Shown: in pieces, positions 46,448-56,115 of the stretch
How positions within the stretch are numbered: position 1 is the stretch's first letter
Layout of the letters: the number at the start of each line of letters is the position of its first letter
Origin: an uncultured Rickettsiales bacterium
Lineage (GTDB): Bacteria > Myxococcota_A > UBA796 > UBA9615
Assembly: GCA_964416435.1 (NCBI GenBank)
Contig: CAYQEG010000010.1
Location: 3,488 to 67,487, forward strand
Length of the DNA stretch: 64,000 bases
Direction of reading: 5' to 3'
Translations under genes and position numbers: made by a program
The notes under the pieces: model-generated
What the model was told of the DNA's origin: nothing
Databases searched by the model: none
Seen by the model: only the letters and a program-made list of their open reading frames with translations

Positions 46448-47467
46448 GTGCTGCCGGTGCTCCTCGCTGCCCTCCTGACGCCCCTGGACGCCGCCCACGC
46501 GGTGGACCGGGACCGGCCGTTCGAGACGGTCGAGCATCTCGCCGGGGAGCGGCCCATCAACGGCGCCCCGCTGCGGTCACGGCACATCGAACACCCCGAC
46601 CACGCGGTCGCCGGGGCCTGGGTGGTCGAGCAGTTCGAGGCGGTCGACGGGCTGGACGTGCAGACCGAGGGGTTCAGCGCGCTGGGCCAGGACGACCTGT
46701 TCAACGTCATCGCCGACCTCCGGTCCCCCCTGGACGCCCCCGAGGGGCGGCTGGTCCTGGGCGCCCACTGGGACTCCACCGCCTCGTTCGAGGACGACTG
46801 GGATCCGCTGACCACCGAGGCGCCCGGCGCCGACGACGACGCGTCGGGCGTCGCGGTGCTCCTGGAGGTCGCGCGGGTGCTCGCGACCCACGAGGGCGGC
46901 TTCGCGTGGGACGTGCGGTTCATCGCGTTCGACGCCGAGGAGGAGGGGCTGATCGGGTCGTACCACCATGTCGAGCAGCTGGACGTGCCGGTGACGACCG
47001 CGGTCATCCTCGACCCCGTCGGCTACAACCCCGGCGACTCCGGGCTGCTCTGGTTCGCCTTCCACGCCTCGTGGCCCGAGGCGGGCGACGCGTTCACCTC
47101 GACCGCCGCCGACCTGGGGACGTGGCTGGACGTCAGCGGCGTCGACCAGGACCTGATCGGCGGGGACGCCCGGTCGGACCACTACCCCTTCTGGCTGGAG
47201 GACATCCCAGCGATCCACGTCGGCACGTTCCCCCAGCCGCCGGCCTATCACACGAGCGACGACCGGCCCGACGTGGTGGATCCGCAGTTCCTCGCCGAAG
47301 TGACCGCCCTGGTGGCCGCCCACGCGGTCTCCCTGGCCGGCCCGTTGGAGCCCGAGGAGCCCGACGGGGGCGCCTGCGACGGCTGCTCGGCGTCCCTCGC
47401 GGGGGGCGCACCGGGAGCAACCTTCCTGCTCCTGCTTGCCGCGCGGGCCCGACGTCAGCGAACATGA
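46448..47467 (+). CDS. M28-family aminopeptidase with MYXO-CTERM sorting signal
   Basis: GADDDASGVAVLLE and FDAEEEGLIGS M28 metal-binding motifs; C-terminus GGACDGCSASLAGGAPGATFLLLLAARARRQRT. Confidence 0.7.
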   Translation: MLPVLLAALLTPLDAAHAVDRDRPFETVEHLAGERPINGAPLRSRHIEHPDHAVAGAWVVEQFEAVDGLDVQTEGFSALGQDDLFNVIADLRSPLDAPEGRLVLGAHWDSTASFEDDWDPLTTEAPGADDDASGVAVLLEVARVLATHEGGFAWDVRFIAFDAEEEGLIGSYHHVEQLDVPVTTAVILDPVGYNPGDSGLLWFAFHASWPEAGDAFTSTAADLGTWLDVSGVDQDLIGGDARSDHYPFWLEDIPAIHVGTFPQPPAYHTSDDRPDVVDPQFLAEVTALVAAHAVSLAGPLEPEEPDGGACDGCSASLAGGAPGATFLLLLAARARRQRT

Positions 47468-48537
47468 CGGCCGTGCGCTTCCCCCTCCTGCTGCTCCTGG
47501 CCTCCACCCTGCTCGCCGGCTGCCACGTCGGTGACCTGAGCGAGTCGTACGACCTCAGCGTCACCCCGCTCGGCGGGGAGTACCTCACCCGGGGCGAGGC
47601 GACGCTCCAGATCCGCAACGCGGACGGCTACACCTGCCCCGACGGGCGTCCCGCGCGCATCTACTTCGTCGATCCGGTCGGCGTGCCGGGGCCCCGCCCC
47701 CTCGCGGTGATGCTGCACGGCCGCCCCTTCGACTACGTCGACCTGCAGGGCGACCACTACACGAACGAGGATCGGCTCAACAGCCCCTGGGCGGCGGACA
47801 CGGTCGAGGAGATGATCGGCCTGGACGACCAGGCGTCGGCCGACGGCGAAGGCGCCTGGGTCGCCGCGCTGGTGCGCGCCGGCTGGTCCGTCGCCGCGCC
47901 CGCGGACTGCTGGGGCGACCTGTGGCACGGCCGCGGGGCCAACGACTACGGCGGCGAGGGCTTCTTGCGCCTGGGCAGCTACCTCGCGAGCGAGGCGATC
48001 CTGCTCGCCCAGGAGCGCGAGGACATCTCGGACCAGCGGGTCCTCGCGATCGGCCTGGGCGAGGGCGGTCGGGGCGTCACCGAGCTGATCCTCACCGGCT
48101 TCGCGCCGGACGCGGTGGTGATCGACTCGTCGCCGGACTGGCTCGCCCCCGTCGTGACCGCGGCGGCCACCAACCAGGGCTACGTCGAGGGGCTGCTGGC
48201 CATCTACGACGACGAGGTGGGCACGATCGAGGACCCCGACACCCGCCTGGAGGCGCTGCGAACCGCGCTGCGGCGGGACTCGATGGTCCACGCGGTGCAG
48301 GACCTCGGCTTCCGCGCGCCGATCGCCTACTTCTGGTCGGCCACCGACGAACGCATCGACCCCGAGACCTCCCGCCCGGCGGCGGACGCCGTGCTCGCCA
48401 GCTACCCCCCGGACGACGCCCGGGTGCTCGACACCCAGCGCTCCGACCATGCCCCGAGCAACCGCGACCTGGCCGAGGCGACGGAGCAGCTCGAGTGGCT
48501 CGTGAGCCGGCTCGGCCCCCTGCCGAGCGATCCGTAA
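47464..48537 (+). CDS. Lipoprotein, alpha/beta-hydrolase-like
   Basis: Lipobox LLAGC; ATGA overlap with M28 peptidase stop; in-frame ATG inside over-extended track ORF 46219..48537. Confidence 0.5.
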   Translation: MTAVRFPLLLLLASTLLAGCHVGDLSESYDLSVTPLGGEYLTRGEATLQIRNADGYTCPDGRPARIYFVDPVGVPGPRPLAVMLHGRPFDYVDLQGDHYTNEDRLNSPWAADTVEEMIGLDDQASADGEGAWVAALVRAGWSVAAPADCWGDLWHGRGANDYGGEGFLRLGSYLASEAILLAQEREDISDQRVLAIGLGEGGRGVTELILTGFAPDAVVIDSSPDWLAPVVTAAATNQGYVEGLLAIYDDEVGTIEDPDTRLEALRTALRRDSMVHAVQDLGFRAPIAYFWSATDERIDPETSRPAADAVLASYPPDDARVLDTQRSDHAPSNRDLAEATEQLEWLVSRLGPLPSDP

Positions 48538-48692
48538 TCGCCGCCTCGCCGATCCGGACGTGATCCGGGCGGGGGGAACTCGCGTTGACAGGGCCTCTTG
48601 GGGCCGATAGGGTCCCGTGCCATTTCGGCGGAACCGGCGTACGTCGCCTCGATCCGCCGGTTCGATGCACGTTCAGCTGAGAAGATTCGCCC

Positions 48693-50192
48693 ATGCAGGT
48701 CCAGGTAGGCTCGGTCTCCCCCTCCAATCACTCCACGGACCTGGCGGTCGTCGCCTTCTACGGCCGGGGTGGTCGCCGCTCGCCGGCCTGGACCGCGCTC
48801 AACCGGGCGATCGGGGGCGGGCTCGCCACCACGCTGGAGGCGCTCGGCTTCCGGGGCAAGGGCGGAGAAGCGGTGACGATGGCCGCGCCGGCCGGCGTGC
48901 GCGCCAAGGTGCTGCTCGTCGCCAGCCTGGGGGAGCGCAGCAAGCCTCACCCGGGCGCGCTGCGGGACGTCGCGATCCGGGCCGGCATGGCCGCTCGCAA
49001 GGGATCGCTGAGCCGCGCCGCCTTCTGGACCGACGCGTCGATGGACGCGCGCACGCCGTTCGACCGGGCGAGCGCCCAGGCGATCGGCGAGGGGCTGGAG
49101 TACGGGGCCTACCGGTTCGACCGGCACCAGGCCAAGAAGATCGGCGAAGGCGCGCCGACGGACGTCTACGTCTACTTCGACGGCCGCAAGGAGCGCCCCC
49201 GCATCGCCGCCGACGTGGCGCGCGGAGCCACCATCGGCCGCAACCAGAACATCGCCCGCGACCTGGGCAACGAGCCGGCCAACGTGCTCAACCCCGAGAG
49301 CCTGGTCGACTTCGCCCGGACGATGGCGGCGGACAAGGGGATCGAGATCACCGTGCTCGACCGCGACGAGTGCGAGGCACGCGGCATGGGCGCGTTCCTG
49401 TCGGTCGCCCAGGCGAGCAAGTACGCCCCCGCCTTCGTGCACATGGTCCACCGCCCGAGCAAGCCGCGGAAGCGCGTGGTGCTCGTCGGCAAGGCGCTGA
49501 CCTACGACAGCGGCGGCATGTGCCTCAAGCCGGCCGCGGGCCAGGAGCTGATGAAGATGGACATGTGCGGCTCGGCCGCGGTCATCGGCGCCATCGGTGC
49601 CGCCGCCGACCTGGACGTCGACGTGGAGGTCCACGCGATCTTCGCGTCCTGCGAGAACGTCATGGGCGGGTCGGCGTACCACACCGGCGACATCCTCACG
49701 GCGAGCAACGGCAAGACCATCGAGGTCCTCAACACCGACGCCGAGGGCCGCCTGACGCTGGCCGACGCCCTGGTCTACGCCTGCGCCGAGACGAAGCCGG
49801 ATCTGCTGATCGACCTCGCGACGCTGACCGGCGCCTGCATGGTCGCGCTCGGCCCGTCGATCGCCGGCGTCATGGGCACCGGGCGCGGCCTCATCCGCGA
49901 CCTCAAGAGCGCCGCGGAGAGCTCCGGCGAGCCGCTGTGGGAGCTGCCGATGCCCGAGCAGTACGCCGAGCTGCTGCAGAGCAAGGTCGCCGACACGACG
50001 AACCTGGGCGGCCGCTACGGCGGCGCCATCACGGCCGGCATGTTCCTCAAGGAGTTCGTCGACGACGGCGTCGCCTGGGCCCACATCGACATCGCCGGCC
50101 CGGCGATCAACGACAAGCCGCTGGGCGGCATGCCAGCCGGGGCGACCGGGTTCGGGGTGCGGGTGCTGAGCGAGCTGATCGCCTTCGGGTAG
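48693..50192 (+). CDS. pepA: Leucyl aminopeptidase (M17)
   Basis: NTDAEGRLTLADAL M17 signature; 499 aa. Confidence 0.85.
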   Translation: MQVQVGSVSPSNHSTDLAVVAFYGRGGRRSPAWTALNRAIGGGLATTLEALGFRGKGGEAVTMAAPAGVRAKVLLVASLGERSKPHPGALRDVAIRAGMAARKGSLSRAAFWTDASMDARTPFDRASAQAIGEGLEYGAYRFDRHQAKKIGEGAPTDVYVYFDGRKERPRIAADVARGATIGRNQNIARDLGNEPANVLNPESLVDFARTMAADKGIEITVLDRDECEARGMGAFLSVAQASKYAPAFVHMVHRPSKPRKRVVLVGKALTYDSGGMCLKPAAGQELMKMDMCGSAAVIGAIGAAADLDVDVEVHAIFASCENVMGGSAYHTGDILTASNGKTIEVLNTDAEGRLTLADALVYACAETKPDLLIDLATLTGACMVALGPSIAGVMGTGRGLIRDLKSAAESSGEPLWELPMPEQYAELLQSKVADTTNLGGRYGGAITAGMFLKEFVDDGVAWAHIDIAGPAINDKPLGGMPAGATGFGVRVLSELIAFG

Positions 50193-50261
50193 CCCGGGGC
50201 GCCTCGCGCTCAAGCTCGGCCCCGGAGCCCCGATAACGATCCCAGCAGGTGTCGCGTCGTC

Positions 50262-52016
50262 GTGACGCAAGACCAGGAGGAGCGGCTCGTTGCCGCCCCG
50301 ATCGCCTGCTCCCGCCACGGACGACCACCGACGCCGTCGGAGTCGTGCATGCATCGAGACCGCCGACACCCAGCCCCCGCCTCCCCCCGGGTAGCTCAGC
50401 GCCCGCACCTGCCGCGGGTGCTCGTCATCGCGCCCGACGGCCACGAACGGGCGGAGCTCGTCGCCCGCCTGTCGGAGCTGGCGTTCGAGCCGTGGCCGAC
50501 CGACTCGGGCGCCGCGGCGATCCCGCTCCTGAACCAAGGCCGCTACTTCGCCGCGCTCTGCGACCTCCACATGCCGGACCTCGGCTGCTTCGGCGTCCTG
50601 CGGGAGCTCGCGCGGCTGCGGCTGGAGACGCCGGTGGTCGCGCTGACCGATGAGCCCACCGTCGGCGAGGTGATCGCGCTGTTGCGCAAGGGGGTCGGCG
50701 ACGTGCTCGTCCGGCCCGTGAGCGTCGACGCCCTCTCGGCCTGCCTCGACCGGCTCCGAGACGCGACCGAGCCGCAGGTCCAGGTGCCGCGAGACGCGCC
50801 GTCCTGCCCCTGGAACCTGGGCGCGGTGCTGAGCGATCCCCCGCCTGCGTTCACGATCTCCGGGTCCTCGCTGTCCGGGCCGATGCCCGCTCCCATCGCG
50901 CCGACCCGCGCCCGAGCAACGCCGCCGGCTGGCGCGGCGGCGCCGGCGCGTCCACCGGCGGTGAAGGAGATCCCCAGGCCTCGACCGGCGGACAAGGCGC
51001 GCGCGGCCGCCCCTCCCGAGCCTGCACGACCCAGGCGCAAGGCCCGTCGGACCAGGGCCCACCCCCCCGAGCCGAAGCAGCAGCGCGAAGAGCCCGCAGC
51101 GGCGCGACGGACGCCTCGCTCGGTCACCCCCGGCCCGGCCGCCCCCGCCGAGGCCCGCAAGCTGGCCAAGGAGGCCGTCCGCGAGCTCAAGCAAGGCCTG
51201 GAAGACGGCAGCTTCAGCCTGCCGGCCATCGGCCCCCTCGCGCCCGAGATCCAGCGGCTGCTGAACCAGCCGACCTGCGGGGCCGGCGACGTCTTCAACG
51301 TCGTGCACCGCGATCCGGCCATCGCCTCGACCGTGCTGCGGACTACCAACAGCGGCATGTACGGCGGCCAGGCGACGATCACCGACCTCAAGGCCGGCTG
51401 CCTCCGCCTCGGCAACCGACGCGTGCTCGCGATCGCCCAGGAGGTCCTGATCAGGTCGATCTTCGAGTTCCAGGCCGGCCCCCTCCAGGCCGTGATCGAG
51501 GACATGTGGCGCAACGTGATCGTATGCGCCCGCGGCGCCCACAAGCTGTCCGCGAAAGTAGGGGTCGGTGATCCCAACCAGGTCGAGGTCGCAGCGATGT
51601 TCCACAACCTCGGGGAGATCGTCTTGCTCCGGCTCGGTCGGGAGCTCGGGCTCCAGCTCGTCGGCGGAGAGCTGCCCACCGAGTACCTGGCGGTCATCGA
51701 GGCGAGCCACGAGCGGCTGGGGGCCGAGCTGCTCAAGTCCTGGGCGATGCCCAACGACCTGATCCAACTCGCCGGCTCGCACCACTCCGCCCCCCGGCGC
51801 CCCGAGTCCCGCGACGCCACCAGCCTGCGCATGCTCGTCCGGGCGGCGTGGGTCGGCGCCTGCCGCGCCGGCTACACCTACCTCCCCGACCAGGACGACG
51901 AGGACGGGGGAGCTGCGCTGAAGCACCTGGGCCTGGGGCTGGACGAGCTGGACGAGATCTTCGAGGCCGCCGAGACCTGGTTGAAGCCCGCCGGGGACGC
52001 CGACAGGAGTTCCTAG
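50262..52016 (+). CDS. HDOD-domain signalling protein with N-terminal receiver-like domain and Pro/Ala-rich linker (true start may be the internal ATG near 50349)
   Basis: Receiver-like VLVIAPDG...LCDLHMPD; HDOD region GSFSLPAIGPLAPEIQRLL...MFHNLGEIVLL. Confidence 0.6.
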   Translation: MTQDQEERLVAAPIACSRHGRPPTPSESCMHRDRRHPAPASPRVAQRPHLPRVLVIAPDGHERAELVARLSELAFEPWPTDSGAAAIPLLNQGRYFAALCDLHMPDLGCFGVLRELARLRLETPVVALTDEPTVGEVIALLRKGVGDVLVRPVSVDALSACLDRLRDATEPQVQVPRDAPSCPWNLGAVLSDPPPAFTISGSSLSGPMPAPIAPTRARATPPAGAAAPARPPAVKEIPRPRPADKARAAAPPEPARPRRKARRTRAHPPEPKQQREEPAAARRTPRSVTPGPAAPAEARKLAKEAVRELKQGLEDGSFSLPAIGPLAPEIQRLLNQPTCGAGDVFNVVHRDPAIASTVLRTTNSGMYGGQATITDLKAGCLRLGNRRVLAIAQEVLIRSIFEFQAGPLQAVIEDMWRNVIVCARGAHKLSAKVGVGDPNQVEVAAMFHNLGEIVLLRLGRELGLQLVGGELPTEYLAVIEASHERLGAELLKSWAMPNDLIQLAGSHHSAPRRPESRDATSLRMLVRAAWVGACRAGYTYLPDQDDEDGGAALKHLGLGLDELDEIFEAAETWLKPAGDADRSS

Positions 52017-52194
52017 AGCACCGATCATGGAGTCCGACCGAGCCGCGTGAGGCGGAGGCGCGCGAGGTCAAGGAACGACGAGGCCGCGCATCGAGATGCG
52101 CAACGAGGAGTGACGCAGAGATCGGGTGGATCCGTCCACGGAGCGACCGAGCGACTATGTGATTGGTGCTCTAGTCAGGCGGAGATCGAGGCCA

Positions 52195-52797
52195 TCATCG
52201 GCGGCCCAGGCCGACGTGGAAGATCTCCCGGCTCACGCGGCGCGTGCCCTCGGGCTTGATCGTGCGGACCTTGGAGAAGGCCGCCTGGATCCGCTTGCGG
52301 AGGGCCGGCTCGTCCTCCCCCTGGAACACCTTGCAGACGAAGTGGCCGCCCGGCTCGAGCCAGCGGACGGCCAGCTCCAGGGCCCGGTCGCACAGCTCCA
52401 CGGACGCGACGTGATCGGCCAACTGCACCCCCGTGGTGTTGGGGGCCATGTCCGACAGGACCACGTCGAACGGCGGGACGTCCTCCGGGAGCGCTTCTTC
52501 GTCCAGGGTGAACGCGTCCGCCTTCAACACGGTCGCGCCGGGCAGGCTGACGCCGATGTCCTGCAGGTCGACCGCGACGAGCACCCCCCGATCACCGATC
52601 TTCCGCATGGCGTACTGGCTCCAGGATCCCGGGCAGGCGCCCAGGTCGAGCACCTTGTCGCCCCGACGGAGCAGCCGGACGCGGCGGTCGATCTCCTCCA
52701 ACTTGAAGACGCTGCGCGCGGCGAAGCCGGCCTCGCGGGCCGCCTTGCTCCGGTGCTCCTCGCCCGTGTAGTCGGGCTTGCGGCGGCGGCGCGCCAT
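52195..52797 (-). CDS. rlmE: 23S rRNA (uridine-2'-O)-methyltransferase RlmE/FtsJ
   Basis: VLDLGACPGSWSQYA SAM-binding motif; 200 aa from internal Met MARRRRKPDY; the track ORF (to 53346) is over-extended. Confidence 0.8.
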   Translation of the reverse strand: MARRRRKPDYTGEEHRSKAAREAGFAARSVFKLEEIDRRVRLLRRGDKVLDLGACPGSWSQYAMRKIGDRGVLVAVDLQDIGVSLPGATVLKADAFTLDEEALPEDVPPFDVVLSDMAPNTTGVQLADHVASVELCDRALELAVRWLEPGGHFVCKVFQGEDEPALRKRIQAAFSKVRTIKPEGTRRVSREIFHVGLGRR

Positions 52798-53390
52798 CAG
52801 GGCGTCCCCGCGGTCGCCTCGAGGATCCGGGACCACAGCTCGCCGCGCCCCGTCCGGTCGACGCTGCTGAACAGGAGGCTGGCCTCCCGCTCGACGCCCA
52901 GCCCCTTGCAGATCAGGCTGTGGCGGTGGAGCCGCTTGGACTTGGCGATGCGGTCGACCTTCGTGAGCACCAGCAGCCCCAGCCGCTCGGTTTCCTCGAG
53001 CCAGTCGAGCATGCGGTCGTCCAGGTCCGTCGGGTCCCGGCGCATGTCGACCAGCACGACCACCAGCCTCAGCGACTCCCGGCTCGCCAGGTACTCGCCG
53101 ATCATCTTGTCCCAGGTCCGCTTCACCTTGAGGGGCACCTTGGCGAAGCCGTAGCCCGGCAGGTCGGCGAACCGTAGATCGCGGCCGCTGTGTCGGACGT
53201 CGAAGAAGTTGATCGCCTGGGTGCGCCCCGGGGTCTTGCTCACCCGCGCCGCCCCGTGCCGCCCCACCAGCGTGTTCAGGCAGGAGCTCTTGCCGACGTT
53301 GCTGCGCCCCACGAACGCCACCTCCGGGCGATCGTCGTCGGGCCATTGCTTGCGCGCGAAGGCCGACAGCAGGAAGCGGACGTCGGTCAT
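52797..53390 (-). CDS. engB: Ribosome biogenesis GTP-binding protein EngB/YihA
   Basis: VAFVGRSNVGKSSCLN G1 motif, DLPGYG, LTKVD; ATGA overlap with upstream cytochrome gene. Confidence 0.8.
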   Translation of the reverse strand: MTDVRFLLSAFARKQWPDDDRPEVAFVGRSNVGKSSCLNTLVGRHGAARVSKTPGRTQAINFFDVRHSGRDLRFADLPGYGFAKVPLKVKRTWDKMIGEYLASRESLRLVVVLVDMRRDPTDLDDRMLDWLEETERLGLLVLTKVDRIAKSKRLHRHSLICKGLGVEREASLLFSSVDRTGRGELWSRILEATAGTP

Positions 53391-54613
53391 CGGTTCAGGG
53401 GCGCGAGCACCGGGTCGCCGGGCAGGTGGCACCGCAGGCAGACGGTCCCCTCCCCCTGGCCGAAGCGCCAGGTGCCGACGTCCTCGGCCCAGGCGTCCGG
53501 ATGGGGGCTGACGAGCGCGCCGTGGCACTCCAGGCAGAGCGACTCCCCCTCTCCGCCGTGGCACGCGACGCAGGTCTCGAGCGAGCGCCGCGCCTGGAAG
53601 CTGTGGTGCTCGCCCGTCGGGATGGTGCCGGGCTCGCCCCGCCAGCCGTTGGGGTGGAACGTCAGGTCGCCGGGGTTGTCGAGGTTCTCGGGGCTTGGGA
53701 AGCCCGACGGAGTGACCCCCGCTTCGGCGTGGCAGGACCGGCAGTCCGCCTCGACCTCGTGGCAGGCGAGGCAGTCCAGCGTGCGACGCTGGGCTTCCAG
53801 GCCGTGGGTGTTCTTCCAGTCGGCGGGGTGCAGCCCGATCGGCTCCTGCAGGCCGTCGTGGCAGTCCAGGCAGCTGTCCGCGTCGTGGCACGCGCCGCAG
53901 GACGCCTCGTCGGTCCGCGCGGCGGCCCGGTGGACTTCCAGCCAGCGGCCCTGGTCGTGGTCGTCGGGGCGGAACTGGCCCGACGGACGCAGCCTCCCCC
54001 GGGAGTCCAGCATCGTCAGGAGCCGGCCGCCGTCGCCCTGCAGGTGGCAGGTCGTGCACTCGGACGGGGCGGCCCCTCCGGTGTGACAGTCCAGGCAGGT
54101 CCGCATGGTCGGCAGGTGCTGTCGCGTCGCCAGGTCCGCGCTGTCGACGCCGACGTGGCACTCCAGGCACGGGGTCCCGAGGTCGACGTGGAGCTTGTGA
54201 CTGAACGTGATGCGGGCCGGCGGGATGTCGATCCGTTCGGGCTGGGGAGCGGTCGGCAGCGGCTGCCCCATCGGGTCCACGTCCGCGTGCGTGCCCCCGT
54301 CGATCGCGGTGTGGCACGCCCCGCAGCCCGCCTTGGGGTAGCGCTCGACCGCGTCGGGCGCCTGGGTGAGGTGGCAGATGTTGCACTGGGGGTGACCCGG
54401 CACGAGCGAGTCCCGCGCGTCGGTGCTCGTCGTGGCCGCGACGTGGCAGACCTGGCACTGGAGGCCGAGCTCCAGGTGCTTGCTGTGGCTGAACGTGATC
54501 GGGAGGTGCTGCTCGGGGTAGACCAGCGTGGAGCGCGGATCGCCCACCGGCGACCTGGCCACCGCGGTCGCGGTGAGCAGCAGCAGCGCGGCGACCAGCA
54601 GCGCGCGCTTCAT
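53387..54613 (-). CDS. Periplasmic multiheme c-type cytochrome (13 CXXCH motifs)
   Basis: Signal peptide MKRALLVAALLLLTATAVA; CQVCH, CNICH, CGACH, CLECH, CLDCH, CTTCH, CGACH, CLDCH, CLACH, CRSCH, CVACH, CLECH, CLRCH. Confidence 0.85.
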   Translation of the reverse strand: MKRALLVAALLLLTATAVARSPVGDPRSTLVYPEQHLPITFSHSKHLELGLQCQVCHVAATTSTDARDSLVPGHPQCNICHLTQAPDAVERYPKAGCGACHTAIDGGTHADVDPMGQPLPTAPQPERIDIPPARITFSHKLHVDLGTPCLECHVGVDSADLATRQHLPTMRTCLDCHTGGAAPSECTTCHLQGDGGRLLTMLDSRGRLRPSGQFRPDDHDQGRWLEVHRAAARTDEASCGACHDADSCLDCHDGLQEPIGLHPADWKNTHGLEAQRRTLDCLACHEVEADCRSCHAEAGVTPSGFPSPENLDNPGDLTFHPNGWRGEPGTIPTGEHHSFQARRSLETCVACHGGEGESLCLECHGALVSPHPDAWAEDVGTWRFGQGEGTVCLRCHLPGDPVLAPLNR

Positions 54614-56115
54614 CGCTCACCCCCCAGGCCCACGCCGCCGCCCAGCCCGGGCAGCGTCTCCCGCCCCGACGCCGCGCCGCCGACGAGGCGGGCGGGCTGG
54701 AACGCGTCGACCCGGGCCTCTTCGCGGGCCGCGGGGCCGAGGTGCTTGATGCCCAGGAGCAGGTCGAGCGTCGCCGAGATGCGCCAGTCGTTCTTCAACC
54801 AGGGAGAGAAGATCGTCTCCCCCCGCGCGCCGACCCGGAGCCACGGCAGCGGCCGCACCGCCCCGTCGACCACGAGCCCTCCGTACAGCCCCTGGAGGTT
54901 GGGCTGGATGGTGAAGTCGTAGGACTGCAGGTCTCCGCGGACGCCGAGCTCGATCCGCCCGTCCAGGGGCGTGACGCGGCCCGACAGGCCGACGCCGAAC
55001 TTGCGGCCGCCGGTGCCGTCGACGAGCCGCTGGTCCACTGAGAAGCGGAGGAAGTCGAGGGGACGCACCGTGACTCCGGCGCGCTGGGTGCCCGACAGGC
55101 GGCCGACCTCGTCCCGGGGCACGTCGTCCTTGGTCGCCGGGATGGGCAGGATCTGCAGGCCGCCGCCGACGTGCACCGACAGGACCTGGCCGACGCGCAG
55201 GTCGGCGTCGCCCCGGATCGCGTCGTAGGGGTCGGTGTTGAAGACGGAGAACAGCTCCGTCGAGTCGAACGTCGGCTGCCAGTGCTCGTACTCGACGCCC
55301 GCGCGCAGCCAGCCCGTCGGCTTCACGTCGACGCCGGCGAGCGCCTCGCTGATCCGGCGCTGGAGCAGGTCGACGGCCAGGTTGCCCCGCACGTTGACGA
55401 CGCCGAGGATCCCCTTGTGCACGTCGATCGTGAGGTTCCGGCGGGCGAGTTGACCGTCCCGGAATCGATCGACGAAGCCGATCCGGACCTGGGTCGTCGG
55501 CAGCCCCGAGGTCGCCAGGGAGACCCCCCACGTCCAGTCCCGGCCCCAGCCGGTCTCGTGGGTCTCCCGCTGTTCCTTCGGCACGACGAAGGCCCGGCTC
55601 CGCAGCGAGATCCCGGCGAAGGTCTCGATCTGCAGGCGATGCAGCGTCATCGACGCCCGCAGCCCGTCGATGCGGGTCAACCCGTGGGTCCCGCCGGTGG
55701 CGAGGATCTGGCGCCCCAGTCGGGCCGACACCCAGCGCCCCTCCGGGGCCACGTCGACGAAGGCGTAGAGCACCTCGCCGGTGAAGCCACCGCGGTAGAG
55801 GTCCGCCCCGCCCCGCACGGACGTCTCGAAGGAGACCCGATGCCGGCTCCGGTCGTCCCGGACGACGAACGAGAAGGCCTGGGTGAGGGGGCTGAAGGGG
55901 ACGACGCGATCGGTGCTGCTGCGCAGCGATCGCCAGCGGTAGACGGTCCGCGAGCGCCCCCAGAGGTAGATCCCCTGGCCGCTCCCCTTGAGGTAGTCGC
56001 CGTCGTCGACCTCGCCCCAGCCGGTCGCCAGCACGCCGCCGGAGCCGGCCTCCGCCGGGGGCGGGGCGATCAGGACCCCGAACACGATCGAGGCCGCCAG
56101 GAGGCGCAGTCGCAT
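54610..56115 (-). CDS. Predicted outer-membrane beta-barrel protein (porin-like), 501 aa
   Basis: Signal peptide MRLRLLAASIVFGVLIAPPPAEA; alternating amphipathic beta-strand pattern rich in G/R/Y/W; coupled (overlapping) to both flanking cytochrome genes; the track ORF (to 56820) is over-extended. Confidence 0.45.
   Translation of the reverse strand: MRLRLLAASIVFGVLIAPPPAEAGSGGVLATGWGEVDDGDYLKGSGQGIYLWGRSRTVYRWRSLRSSTDRVVPFSPLTQAFSFVVRDDRSRHRVSFETSVRGGADLYRGGFTGEVLYAFVDVAPEGRWVSARLGRQILATGGTHGLTRIDGLRASMTLHRLQIETFAGISLRSRAFVVPKEQRETHETGWGRDWTWGVSLATSGLPTTQVRIGFVDRFRDGQLARRNLTIDVHKGILGVVNVRGNLAVDLLQRRISEALAGVDVKPTGWLRAGVEYEHWQPTFDSTELFSVFNTDPYDAIRGDADLRVGQVLSVHVGGGLQILPIPATKDDVPRDEVGRLSGTQRAGVTVRPLDFLRFSVDQRLVDGTGGRKFGVGLSGRVTPLDGRIELGVRGDLQSYDFTIQPNLQGLYGGLVVDGAVRPLPWLRVGARGETIFSPWLKNDWRISATLDLLLGIKHLGPAAREEARVDAFQPARLVGGAASGRETLPGLGGGVGLGGER

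Noticed and set aside
48402-52028. 1208-aa minus-strand ORF
   Set aside because: It is antisense to pepA and the HDOD gene. The translation is Gly/Arg/Ala/Asp-rich with no domains.
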